From positions 80,516 through 144,515 of the forward strand of contig JAAXWF010000002.1 of the NCBI GenBank assembly GCA_013335095.1: DNA of 64,000 nt, read 5' to 3'. Position numbers and translations under genes: made by a program. This document shows positions 30,938 to 40,614 of this stretch, piece by piece. Numbering within the stretch: the first letter of the stretch is position 1; the number at the start of each line of letters is the position of its first letter. The notes under the pieces are model-generated. The model had not been told where the DNA came from, made no database searches, and saw only the letters and a program-made list of their open reading frames with translations. Origin of the DNA: a candidate division WWE3 bacterium. Lineage in GTDB: Bacteria; Patescibacteriota; 4484-211; GCA-002791395.

Positions 30938-33900
30938 TTACTTAAACTTTACCGCTGAACCTTCATTCATAACCAGTTTAACCTGTTCGGCAGTCAATGC
31001 ATAGTTATACATACGAACATCATCGATTGAACCTTCGGATAATGCTTTATATGTTGCATCGGTTGGCACGAATGCTCCTATATTCATGTTTGATGATGTA
31101 TCTTCCATACCGTTATATGTGCCTTGGGATGATGTACTAAGAACCTGATCCTTACCATTTACATATAAAGCTATTCCCCCCCCATTGTTACTACCATCAT
31201 AAGTTGCAGCGAGATGCGTCCATTGATTTTGATAGTTTGATAAATTACTCGTGGTATATGCAAAGATTTGATTGGCACCGGATGTATCGAATAATGCCAA
31301 CTCCAGCTCCCCAGAAATACCTGGTGATGATGGGGCCGTGTCAAAAGACCACTCCAAATTGCTGGTAGCATTATCTCCTTTACTTGCAATCACAAAATCA
31401 GAGGTATCTCCCATATAAACCCATGCTGTTATAGAAAAAGGTCGATCATCTGACCCATCTCCAAACGACAAAAGATTACGATCACCGATAAGTACATAAT
31501 CGTTAATCCCATCAAATGAGATGGCACTGTTGTACCTACCCGATGTTAATCGTGTCGGCGAATTAGTCAGTGTGCCATTTGAACTGTTGCCCGAAGCATC
31601 ATATGCCGTAGTTCCAGACGCCTCATTAAATTTCCAATAACCAACAGGATCACCTTGGTTATAATCCCAAGCGATTTGAGCTGGAGTACGGACATAGTCG
31701 TACACTCTTACCGAATCAATTAAACCATCAAAATGACGAGTAGCCTCGTTCGGACTATTTCCAATATCCCACGTGTCCGTCGAATTTGATAAACCTCCGC
31801 TCCCATGAACAAAGTTGAAGCCGACAGGCCGACCATTTACATAAAACATTCCCGAACTGGTGCCATTGTTATAAACCATCGTTACGTATTGCCATTGGTT
31901 AAGAACCACTGAGTTAGCATCTGAATTGAAAGAATGCGCTGGTCCTAAATTAACTCTTAAGCTGTCGTTATAATAGGTTCCGTCATCAAGAATAAAACTT
32001 GGTCCGACACCCCAACCGGGAGAAATAATGAATCCAAACCCACCGCCACCAAATGTGCGTGGATAAATCCAGGCACTCATCGTTATTTGGCCTGATCCAC
32101 TCGCAATATTTCGCAATGAAGTGGTCATATTGGTAATATCAACATGATCTGCGGCCGACTCTCCAGTAAAGTTGCCCGCTTTACCAACCTTGCCTGGTAA
32201 AAATCGAGGTGAACCACTACCGGTCCAGGTACCGTTGCTCCCTCCTCCAGTAATGTCGTTAACAACAGATCCCGTACCTTCATCAAAACGCCATTCGGCT
32301 ATCGGAGGGCTACATGTTGTAGTATCTCCAGGGACACAATACTCCCGCGAAGAGCTGTTTGATGCCGTTGTTCCTGTTGATGTAGTAGAGCTTGACCCCA
32401 TCGAAATTGCTGATCCACCTCGAAATTCTTCCATAATTTGATCTACGGTTAATAGCGAACGATATACCTTTATTTCATCAACATCACCAAAAAATTCGTT
32501 ACCATCATCAACTCCAGTGCGATCACCAATCACCAGTGACGTTGAGTTTGCTAACGTACCCGTTGCAGAAATCGAAGTATCTTCACTAATAAGTCGTCCA
32601 TCAATAAAGATCTGAATTTTAGACGTACCATTTTTCATTGCGACGACATGATGCCAGTTTCCGTCATAGATATCGCGTCCGACATCACCAGCGCTATCAT
32701 CGGGTGACCAGGTCGCATCATCATCAATGCCAAACACTAAATCGCCATCAGTTTGAAAATATAATGCATATCCTTGAGTTGTTCCGTTTGATTTACTCAG
32801 CAAATATTCTGTCGAGGCGGGGTTTGTTGCGCTATCTGATTTAAACCATGCACTAATCGCAAGATCTTCTGCAGCCGAAAAGTCAAAATCATTATCATCG
32901 GCACGAGATACCCAATTAGCGCCAGTTCCATTCCATGATTTACCCAGTTTCCCATCCATTGCCCACGATACGTTAGAGAGTGTTAAATCGTTATCAAGAG
33001 AACTCGAGTCATTTGAGGTTGTGCCATACCCTTCGTTAAATTTCCAATACCCAGCAGTTCCGGCTCCACTTCCTGTAATCGGATGTCCAGCATTCATGTC
33101 TTCAATTATTTGCCGAGCTGTTCGTGCATAGTTATAGATTTTGACGTCATCAACGATTCCATCAAGATCACGGCTACCATCGGCACGTTCACCAATACGT
33201 ACTTGTGCAGTACCGTTTGTATACGATCCAGATGGGGTGGTACCAGTTGCAATGTTTACGCCGTTTACGTACAACCGAAGCTCCGGAATAGATAAATTAG
33301 CAGTCATAGCGATATGGTTCCATGCCCCGACTGTAAATGTATTCGATGTGCCCAGAGCTGTTAAGTAATCTGCACCCGATGACGTTGTAAGGTATGCCCT
33401 TACTGAGTTATTACTGTTATCAACACGGATAAACCATTCATAATTACTGCCAGCCCCTTTGCTGATCGGTTCAATCAGCGAGGTTAATGAATCAACATAT
33501 ACCCATCCCATTACGCTAAGTTGGTTTGTAGTATTCACCGAAAAGGCATCATTATCAGCAATGCTCACGCTATCGTTTACCGCATCAAAGTCTAAGGCAG
33601 CTCCATATTTGCCCGTGACCCAATCGTCCGATGAAAGACTATTCATCGTACCGGTAAATCCGTTTCCCGAAGAGTCATACACACTTGTCGTACCGGTTTT
33701 TTCATCAAGTTTATAATAGGCGATGGGGTCAGGGGCCCAATTATAAAGCTGTTTGGCTTCAGCAGAAGACAGGTAGCGATTATATATCCGTAGTTCATCC
33801 AGATCCATATCGTAATTACCCCAGGCACCATCATTTCGACCACTGACTGATAATGAAGCCGTATTAGCTATTGCGGCAGCTAATCCATCACCAGAATCCC

Positions 33901-36130
33901 AAATACCATCTTGAACTTCCCCATTAACATAAAAATGAGCACTGTTAGGATTGCCAAATTCATTTGTAAAAACAACAAAGTACCAAGTGTTTAAATTTGC
34001 AATTGGGTCTGATGTAGTCAAATATTTATGGTAATCTGCACCATCGTAATAAGAAAATTCAATATTCTCATAATCAGGTGATAATGAATAGTTAATTGAA
34101 GCATCCCATCCTTTGTATAAATAGTGTGACATTGGAGTACCGTCGCTCCCTCTCCTCAACCACATTGCCAGGGTAATTTCCTGCGTGATATCTAAAGAAT
34201 TACTATCAGGAAATACCAGACTATCACCAGAGCCATCGAAAGAAGTACCATTTCCATACTTTGCTGAAAAGGGAGCAGCACCTCCATTCCAATAGCCATC
34301 ATTCAAATTTCCAGAAACATCGCATGTATCATTTACTCCGCCAGTACAAGTATTCGCCGAAGTCTCATTCATCGGCCAATACCCAACTAAACCATCCGAA
34401 AGCGCGGTGGCATCTTTTGCTCCGAATTGTGTAGAAGCAGTACTACCATTTAATGAAGAATACAGTGCTTTAACCTCTCCAGCCGAAAGGACTGAAGGAA
34501 ATAAAGAGATTTCATCAAAAAAGCCTTGTCCATAGTTACTACTAATCTGACCTATTTTAAATGCAGTGGAGTTAATACCTGTATTAGTCGTAACAACTAT
34601 ATGATTCCATCGGTTGGCCGATATCGTAGTTCCTGGCTGACCGTTTATATAAATCGTTGGAGAAGTGAATCCCGTCGCTGATACAGTTCCAGATGACGAT
34701 TGGATATATGCCGAACCATTCAAATCAATATATTGTTCCGATGTTGTTGAAGGTCGAACCCAAAACGCCACACTTTTTACTCCCGAGGTTGTGGTTGCGG
34801 TAGTTACAACATCATTAGTACCATCAAAATATAAACATGAACCTGAAAGGCATAAATCAGAAGAACGCCAAGAAGCGCCACTTATTGTTCCGATAATTCC
34901 ATTCGTGCCAGAGTTATAAACCGTTGTTCCGTTCCCTTCATTAAAAGAAAATCGAAGTTCGGGATCGTTTGGCATTTGCACATCTGAAACCGATTTAAAG
35001 AAACTGGTAGGATCACTTTGATTAGCGTATTCGGTTGAAATCCAGTCAGCTGAAAATGCAGTATTCGTGACGTGGAGCTCATCAATACTTCCGTCCAATT
35101 CTTCGCCTCCCGAGCTTACAACTTGTCCAATATTGTAACTAGTAGCACCAGATTCATCATCCCAAAAAGTAGTCGATGATGCTGAACCCGATTCATAACT
35201 GACCGATTGGGCAACTCCATTAACGTAAAATGTATTACCCGTGCCATTTACCACATAAGATACGTAGTACCATCTATTTGCCAATATAGGAGTAGTCGTA
35301 GCAGAACCACGAAGGCCATCACTTGACCAAATATGAAAATTCCCCTGATAAATTCCGAACTCGAACCAATTCGGAGATGGTCCAGACGAAAAAATTCCGT
35401 GCATTTTGTTTAATGGGCCTTTTACATAAATCCATGCCGAAATGGTTCCTTGAGAAAGGGCATCGTACGCATTCCCATTTTCCAGGTCAATGTAATCAGT
35501 TCCACTAGCATCAAAGTCTATCGCGTTTCCAATTTTACCTGTAATTAAATCACCTGATGTTAATCCAGAAATTGCATTCCCATCGTTGCTGGTTGAAGTA
35601 CTATCTTTCATTTCGGGAGAACTTCCAGTCGGGTCTTCCTTAAGATGCCAGACACCAGCATAATTTGAATTCCATGAACCAGTACTATTTTGCTGGTTAC
35701 TCACCGACGAATTCCCATAATACATATACACGGTGGTGTCGTCGTTATAATCCAATGTTGGTACCCTAACCCAAGCAATGAGTTCGCCTGTTGATGAGTT
35801 GTACGATTCGATTTCATGATCAAGTTTTGTCGATCCATCACTCGAGGTAAAAACAATATCATCACCATCAGATTGAGCATTAGATTTTAAATCGGTATCT
35901 ATTCGTGAAACCAGCACCGGAAAATTTATAAGATCAGATGATCCCGAAACTTTTGATTCATCAATAACTAACTTTTTTCGAAACGACCAGCTAGAGCTAT
36001 ACCACGAAGCTTCGGCTCGATCCGGGGTAAAAAACATATAAATACCGGTGGCGAAAAAACCAACCAAACAAATGATAAAAAATATTCTTTTTATAATCGG
36101 TGGGAAAAAACGTTTGACCATAGTAGGCAA
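30938..36130 (-). CDS. Giant secreted DUF2341 + multi-LamG protein E (7 LamG)
   Basis: TM + PDRAEA|SWY; same architecture. Likely start ATG 36121; extended -10 TGcTATAGT at 36149-36157. Confidence 0.9.
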   Translation of the reverse strand: MPTMVKRFFPPIIKRIFFIICLVGFFATGIYMFFTPDRAEASWYSSSWSFRKKLVIDESKVSGSSDLINFPVLVSRIDTDLKSNAQSDGDDIVFTSSDGSTKLDHEIESYNSSTGELIAWVRVPTLDYNDDTTVYMYYGNSSVSNQQNSTGSWNSNYAGVWHLKEDPTGSSPEMKDSTSTSNDGNAISGLTSGDLITGKIGNAIDFDASGTDYIDLENGNAYDALSQGTISAWIYVKGPLNKMHGIFSSGPSPNWFEFGIYQGNFHIWSSDGLRGSATTTPILANRWYYVSYVVNGTGNTFYVNGVAQSVSYESGSASSTTFWDDESGATSYNIGQVVSSGGEELDGSIDELHVTNTAFSADWISTEYANQSDPTSFFKSVSDVQMPNDPELRFSFNEGNGTTVYNSGTNGIIGTISGASWRSSDLCLSGSCLYFDGTNDVVTTATTTSGVKSVAFWVRPSTTSEQYIDLNGSAYIQSSSGTVSATGFTSPTIYINGQPGTTISANRWNHIVVTTNTGINSTAFKIGQISSNYGQGFFDEISLFPSVLSAGEVKALYSSLNGSTASTQFGAKDATALSDGLVGYWPMNETSANTCTGGVNDTCDVSGNLNDGYWNGGAAPFSAKYGNGTSFDGSGDSLVFPDSNSLDITQEITLAMWLRRGSDGTPMSHYLYKGWDASINYSLSPDYENIEFSYYDGADYHKYLTTSDPIANLNTWYFVVFTNEFGNPNSAHFYVNGEVQDGIWDSGDGLAAAIANTASLSVSGRNDGAWGNYDMDLDELRIYNRYLSSAEAKQLYNWAPDPIAYYKLDEKTGTTSVYDSSGNGFTGTMNSLSSDDWVTGKYGAALDFDAVNDSVSIADNDAFSVNTTNQLSVMGWVYVDSLTSLIEPISKGAGSNYEWFIRVDNSNNSVRAYLTTSSGADYLTALGTSNTFTVGAWNHIAMTANLSIPELRLYVNGVNIATGTTPSGSYTNGTAQVRIGERADGSRDLDGIVDDVKIYNYARTARQIIEDMNAGHPITGSGAGTAGYWKFNEGYGTTSNDSSSLDNDLTLSNVSWAMDGKLGKSWNGTGANWVSRADDNDFDFSAAEDLAISAWFKSDSATNPASTEYLLSKSNGTTQGYALYFQTDGDLVFGIDDDATWSPDDSAGDVGRDIYDGNWHHVVAMKNGTSKIQIFIDGRLISEDTSISATGTLANSTSLVIGDRTGVDDGNEFFGDVDEIKVYRSLLTVDQIMEEFRGGSAISMGSSSTTSTGTTASNSSSREYCVPGDTTTCSPPIAEWRFDEGTGSVVNDITGGGSNGTWTGSGSPRFLPGKVGKAGNFTGESAADHVDITNMTTSLRNIASGSGQITMSAWIYPRTFGGGGFGFIISPGWGVGPSFILDDGTYYNDSLRVNLGPAHSFNSDANSVVLNQWQYVTMVYNNGTSSGMFYVNGRPVGFNFVHGSGGLSNSTDTWDIGNSPNEATRHFDGLIDSVRVYDYVRTPAQIAWDYNQGDPVGYWKFNEASGTTAYDASGNSSNGTLTNSPTRLTSGRYNSAISFDGINDYVLIGDRNLLSFGDGSDDRPFSITAWVYMGDTSDFVIASKGDNATSNLEWSFDTAPSSPGISGELELALFDTSGANQIFAYTTSNLSNYQNQWTHLAATYDGSNNGGGIALYVNGKDQVLSTSSQGTYNGMEDTSSNMNIGAFVPTDATYKALSEGSIDDVRMYNYALTAEQVKLVMNEGSAVKFK

Positions 36131-36260
36131 TACAAAACGACTAAATTAACTATAGCACAATTTATAGAGATGAAGTGGGATAATTGGCTTTCATCTCGAT
36201 AAAAAGTCACCTACCAACATTTCAAACCGATGGTAATCAAAACTGCTACAATAATTAAAT

Positions 36261-38480
36261 ATGACGCCACCTCGGATAGAAAGATTTAAGCCCGATGACG
36301 AATTTGAACCCGGTGAGCAAGAGGCTAAAGAACGAGAAGTTGGCGGTGAGGAAAGACGATCTCCAGTAGAAGGTGTTGATATACACGAAGAAGAAATATT
36401 AAACGATCAAATAGCACAGCAAGAAGACCGACTTGAATTATTGCAGCAGGAAGCCCATACAACCGAGGACCGACTCGCCGCGGCAAGAGCAGAACTGGGA
36501 ATAGAAACAGCTGACCCCATAACGAATCGAACAAATGCCGAGATCAATCATATTCAAGAGACATTAAAACTACTTAGATATAAACTACTAACCGTAAGAC
36601 TACGAAAACCAGAACAAACACCAACACGGGATGAAAAAGAGAAAGAACCGCGCTTACCAAAACAACCAGTAGCAACAGAAAAAGAACTTTATGCAAATCT
36701 TGGCCGAATATTAGATGCAAAACAACGAATAATATTCAATCAAATTTATCGAAGAACTCTAGGTTGGCCAACAGAAAAAAATCTCGAAGCAATGGCAGGA
36801 TTGGAGAATTGGCAATCATTAGGGTGGGAATACTATGTACTATCCGGGCGGGAAGGTTTATACAAAATGAACTTTCCGATGGTTATTGAACGTGATCCCG
36901 GAAAAACAACGCCTGTTGATAGAGCAAGTAGCTTGGCGTCTGGTGCATTAGAGTTTGCTCATCAAGTTAGAACCGGAACACTACCGCAGGAAGTAATACC
37001 GGCAACATCAACATCCCCCGAAACACCACTCGATGAAACTCAATACGCAAGAATATTTGGATCATCACGAATGCCAGGAGAACGAGTAGATAGCATCCAA
37101 CTTTCTAAAAATAATCCGACTCATTTTTTGGTTAAGGTTAAAGGTCATTATGTCAGGATCGAAGGATTCCGTGATGATGAACCAATTCCTGCTGAAGAAG
37201 TAAGGGCACAAATTGCTGCAGCGGTCGAATCAATCAACGATTTACCAGACGCACCACCAATCGGTGCGATCACCGCGGGGAACCGAAAACGAAACTTTGA
37301 ATTTCGACAACGAATACAGAGCTCGACGGCGAATCAGGAACTCCAAGATGAAATTGACCAATCACTTTTTGTCGTATGTATAGATCCCGAATCGAAACCA
37401 GATACGCTTGCCGATGAAATGGCCGAAGTAAGAGACAGCAAAGGGAAAAACCTAGGAAATCGAGAGTATAATAAAGGACTTCAAATTATTGTCAGCGGAT
37501 CGGATGAAAGAGGAGCATCAGCTGGATTTTCATTTGAACATGCACTTGTAGATGGAACTGTCGGTGGACGATTTGCTGTAGATGTATCACGAATGGCCCG
37601 ACGTATCGAGTATCAAGGAGAACCACAACGAGCAGAACAAATTGAAATTAAAGATTGGGAATCGTCTCCTCAACTCGCTGAAATGGCTCAAGCAGCACAG
37701 GCTGAGGTAGAAAAAAAATTGGAAAACAGTGATGAAACGACCTTTGAACTTGAGGGTGATTGGCTAGAGCGTTGTAAACAATTTGGTATAAAAGGTGATA
37801 CGGCATTTCAGATGGCGCTCCAAATTGCAGAGTATATGAAATATCGAAAGCCGATCTCGAATTCTGAACAAGTTAGTCTGCGAGCGTTTGAAAAAGGTCG
37901 GATTAATCCAACAGGCGTGACAACTCATGGGGTCAAAGAATTCTTGCGTGATTTTGGTGAAGTAATATCAGCAGTAGAACACGTTGAAGAAGACGGGGAC
38001 GTTGAAAAAGCCATACGCCAACCAGCATATGCAAAGCGCCTCGGACAGGCTCTGGCCAAAGCAATTCAAGATCATGAGAAAACTATCGATCTTGCCAAAT
38101 CCGGAAAAGGCGTAGAAACTCACTTAATGGCTCAATGGGCGGCATTAAACCCTAGCAATCCGAGTCTAAACGCCGAGGCTCAAACCGCAGCAGATAACCT
38201 TTTTCGAAATCCCGCGATGGGTGTACGTTCATTCCTACAACCTATTTTAGTTAGTTCAAACTTAAGACCACGTTCCGATCGTGGAGAGGTGGTTGCGGCA
38301 GGGACAAAGCCTTCTCGAAGTAAAAGAGGAAATCTGTCATTAGGATATTTATTACAAGGTAGAAAAATCTCGGTAAATGCCCGCACCGAGGGTAAGATGA
38401 AGGATCATGCCGAAGATATTAGCCACTATCTTGAATCGGCGCTTAATATTGTCGCTGAACTTGCTCCATATACTCAATAA
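36261..38480 (+). CDS. Choline/carnitine O-acyltransferase family protein with acidic coiled-coil N-terminal extension
   Basis: QYARIFGSSRMPG, THFLVKVKGHY, IGAITAGNR, SLFVVCID, NREYNKGLQII, catalytic FEHALVDG, DTAFQMALQIA, EQVSLRAFEKGR, GKGVETHL, LVSSN. Confidence 0.85.
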   Translation: MTPPRIERFKPDDEFEPGEQEAKEREVGGEERRSPVEGVDIHEEEILNDQIAQQEDRLELLQQEAHTTEDRLAAARAELGIETADPITNRTNAEINHIQETLKLLRYKLLTVRLRKPEQTPTRDEKEKEPRLPKQPVATEKELYANLGRILDAKQRIIFNQIYRRTLGWPTEKNLEAMAGLENWQSLGWEYYVLSGREGLYKMNFPMVIERDPGKTTPVDRASSLASGALEFAHQVRTGTLPQEVIPATSTSPETPLDETQYARIFGSSRMPGERVDSIQLSKNNPTHFLVKVKGHYVRIEGFRDDEPIPAEEVRAQIAAAVESINDLPDAPPIGAITAGNRKRNFEFRQRIQSSTANQELQDEIDQSLFVVCIDPESKPDTLADEMAEVRDSKGKNLGNREYNKGLQIIVSGSDERGASAGFSFEHALVDGTVGGRFAVDVSRMARRIEYQGEPQRAEQIEIKDWESSPQLAEMAQAAQAEVEKKLENSDETTFELEGDWLERCKQFGIKGDTAFQMALQIAEYMKYRKPISNSEQVSLRAFEKGRINPTGVTTHGVKEFLRDFGEVISAVEHVEEDGDVEKAIRQPAYAKRLGQALAKAIQDHEKTIDLAKSGKGVETHLMAQWAALNPSNPSLNAEAQTAADNLFRNPAMGVRSFLQPILVSSNLRPRSDRGEVVAAGTKPSRSKRGNLSLGYLLQGRKISVNARTEGKMKDHAEDISHYLESALNIVAELAPYTQ

Positions 38481-38503
38481 AAAACCGCCAAAGAAGGCGG
38501 TTT
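38479..38503 (-). terminator. Terminator between convergent genes (possibly bidirectional)
   Basis: AAACCGCC-6 nt-GGCGGTTT with a T-run on the minus strand. Confidence 0.7.
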
Positions 38504-38519
38504 GGCAAAATAACGGCAG

Positions 38520-39167
38520 CTATTTTGCAATTTGGTCGATACGTTGTCTTATTCCTGCAATTCGTCGACTGAGTTGATCACGTCGGCGTCCGAGATCTCG
38601 TGATTCTAACATCAGTTGAAGGCGTTGAGTGTCGATCTCGATACGTTCCTGTAGTAGGGCTTGATAATTAGGTTCGGCATCGGGGCGTTGATCCTGACGT
38701 GATTGCATAAGCGACACGATATGCTCCGGGGATAGAGCAATGATCTCACACGAAGAGACCTGCTGTTTCGTAAGATGATGCTCATAACCTCCTTTGACTG
38801 AATTCCATCGGATCCAGGTATGAGCTCCCACGACTTTGTGCCCCAGACCGAAAAAAGGTTCCCGCCACGAAATCCCAACGCCAACACGCAGCATTATCCG
38901 CTGATAGGCAATAATCAATCGGAATTGGTTGTGCAGATAAGCCGCGCTTCCAAAAGCATGACTCATCTCATGGAGCACAACCGGCCACAACTGCCATTCA
39001 CCCAATACAAGAAAGTCACCGAGATATGTTGGATGTTGGAAGGTAAAAAGCAAAGATCGACGGGCTGATGGCCCAGACAATTTCTGGCTTTCAAATACGA
39101 CCAAGGGCTGTTGCGTGATGTAGGGAATCCGGGCGACGATAGCATGTACGATTTGTGGATCAGACAT
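38520..39167 (-). CDS. Orphan protein with HExxH zincin-like motif
   Basis: VVLHEMSHAFG...LHN.F; GGAGG SD 6 nt before ATG 39167; coiled-coil C-terminus. Confidence 0.6.
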   Translation of the reverse strand: MSDPQIVHAIVARIPYITQQPLVVFESQKLSGPSARRSLLFTFQHPTYLGDFLVLGEWQLWPVVLHEMSHAFGSAAYLHNQFRLIIAYQRIMLRVGVGISWREPFFGLGHKVVGAHTWIRWNSVKGGYEHHLTKQQVSSCEIIALSPEHIVSLMQSRQDQRPDAEPNYQALLQERIEIDTQRLQLMLESRDLGRRRDQLSRRIAGIRQRIDQIAK

Positions 39168-39255
39168 ACGATCCTCCATAGATACAATGTGCCAATACGC
39201 TTCGCTGAGTGAATGCTATCAAAGTTTTAAGTTTTTCTCAAATTGAATTGAAAGT

Positions 39256-39291
39256 AAAAAGAATCAGGAGCCAGCATCCAGCCGGCTCCTG
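39256..39291 (-). terminator. Rho-independent terminator of 39309-40460
   Basis: CAGGAGCCGGC-tggat-GCTGGCTCCTG then ATTCTTTTT (G.U pair fits minus strand). Confidence 0.75.
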
Positions 39292-39308
39292 TGATTTATG
39301 CGTACAAA

Positions 39309-40460
39309 CTATTCCGCCGAGACCTCCTCAGCGACTTCTGCTGGCCCCTCGGCCAGGCCGTCCTCAGCCTCCGTTTCTGCGGGCTGCGCCACGGCAGCCT
39401 TGCCCGGAGCCTCCATCGCTCCGACGCAGTCACGAAGAAGTTGGATGGCCGGATCCAGTCGAATCTTGGTGCGAAGATCAGGCCGGTCCTGGGGGATCGG
39501 CGATGTCCTACTGCCATTCAGCAGATGTGGTACGTATGGATTCCCCCCCTTGGTCGGAGTGACCAAGTGAGCAAACCACACACCAACCATCTGCAGCGCC
39601 TCGGCCTCCTCGTCGGTCAGATCCTGACCCCGCAGCCGAGCTTCGGTCTTACGAACCGATGCAATGAGCCCCGGAACCTCGCGCAGGTCCCGAATGCCGC
39701 ACGCCAGAATACCAAAGTGCCCCTTGTCGATGACGACACTAAGGGCAACATCGACCTTGGCCTTTGCCGCAGTCCTCCGAAGTGGGCTAGCCAAATTGTC
39801 AGGGGTGACAATCAGACCGATACGCCGACCGTTCGGCAGCACTTCAACCAGAATCAGTGGCTCCGCAGTGTTAGAAGGGCGCTTGATCTGGCTAACGACG
39901 AGCGGACGCACCAGGGCCGCCTGGTTTTGGCGGCGGGTGTTCGCCCGAATTGAATCGACATAGGTGCGAGCGAATTGGAGAACCTCATCATCTGAGGAAT
40001 CCTCCATACCCAAAATCGCCCCAGCCAGAGTCGCCCAGCGGCTATGAAGTTCACCGGTGTCCGATAGGGTGGCCAGGTTCACGACATCCCGGTAGTCGCC
40101 CAGGGGTGACTGAGGATGGGTAAACATATTCCGCGTCAGTCGGTTGAACTTGGCTGCCGCCGACGGGTCTTTCCCATCGTGGTGATCGAGTTTAGAATCA
40201 GGACCACCGCAGTCACAGAACCAATAGGCGACGAAGTTCACCATCGTATAGTATCCATCCGGCCGAGGCCTGATGACTTTACCATTCGACAGACGGTACT
40301 CCGTACCCTGCGGAATAAGCCGAAGCTCGATCGGCCCCTCAAATCGGAGCTGCTCACGAATGAAGTCCTGAGCCATCAGCATAGTGATGATGGCATCGGC
40401 ATCTCTGTGCCCCAAAAGCACGTGACGCTCAATCCTTCCGGCACCATTCACCGGGGGCAT
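39309..40460 (-). CDS. DHH/MYG1-like phosphoesterase-fold protein (GC-rich orphan)
   Basis: GHRDADA, CDCGG, LDHH, PSAA, LSDTG occur in the order of DHH motifs I-IV; AAGGAGG SD; acidic tail. Confidence 0.6.
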   Translation of the reverse strand: MPPVNGAGRIERHVLLGHRDADAIITMLMAQDFIREQLRFEGPIELRLIPQGTEYRLSNGKVIRPRPDGYYTMVNFVAYWFCDCGGPDSKLDHHDGKDPSAAAKFNRLTRNMFTHPQSPLGDYRDVVNLATLSDTGELHSRWATLAGAILGMEDSSDDEVLQFARTYVDSIRANTRRQNQAALVRPLVVSQIKRPSNTAEPLILVEVLPNGRRIGLIVTPDNLASPLRRTAAKAKVDVALSVVIDKGHFGILACGIRDLREVPGLIASVRKTEARLRGQDLTDEEAEALQMVGVWFAHLVTPTKGGNPYVPHLLNGSRTSPIPQDRPDLRTKIRLDPAIQLLRDCVGAMEAPGKAAVAQPAETEAEDGLAEGPAEVAEEVSAE

Positions 40461-40569
40461 GGCTCCCTCCTTATTGCGTCGTTATCAAGACGCAAACATA
40501 TTGGATGTGCGAAACAGAATAATTATAGCAAAATAATGCAAAGAAATAAACTATAGGATAACAACTATA

Positions 40570-40600
40570 AACGCCACTGATAATAAACCAGCGGCGTCAT
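40570..40600 (-). terminator. Probable terminator of the RRM gene
   Basis: ACGCCGCTG-9 nt-CAGTGGCGT then TTATAGTTGTT on the minus strand. Confidence 0.5.
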
Positions 40601-40614
40601 AGTTTGATAGGTTG

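Noticed and set aside
9635-35508. Many 60-150 aa antisense or alternate-frame ORFs within the giant genes
   Set aside because: Shadows of Ser/Thr/Gly/Asp-rich coding sequence; they recur opposite paralogous motifs and have no expression signals
8614-36130. Diversity-generating retroelement acting on the LamG array
   Set aside because: No reverse transcriptase in the window, and differences between repeats are not adenine-specific
39209-40556. Overlapping plus-strand ORFs (e.g. 39291-39953, 220 aa)
   Set aside because: Expected from stop-codon scarcity in GC-rich DNA; promoter, SD, terminator and motifs all support the minus-strand gene
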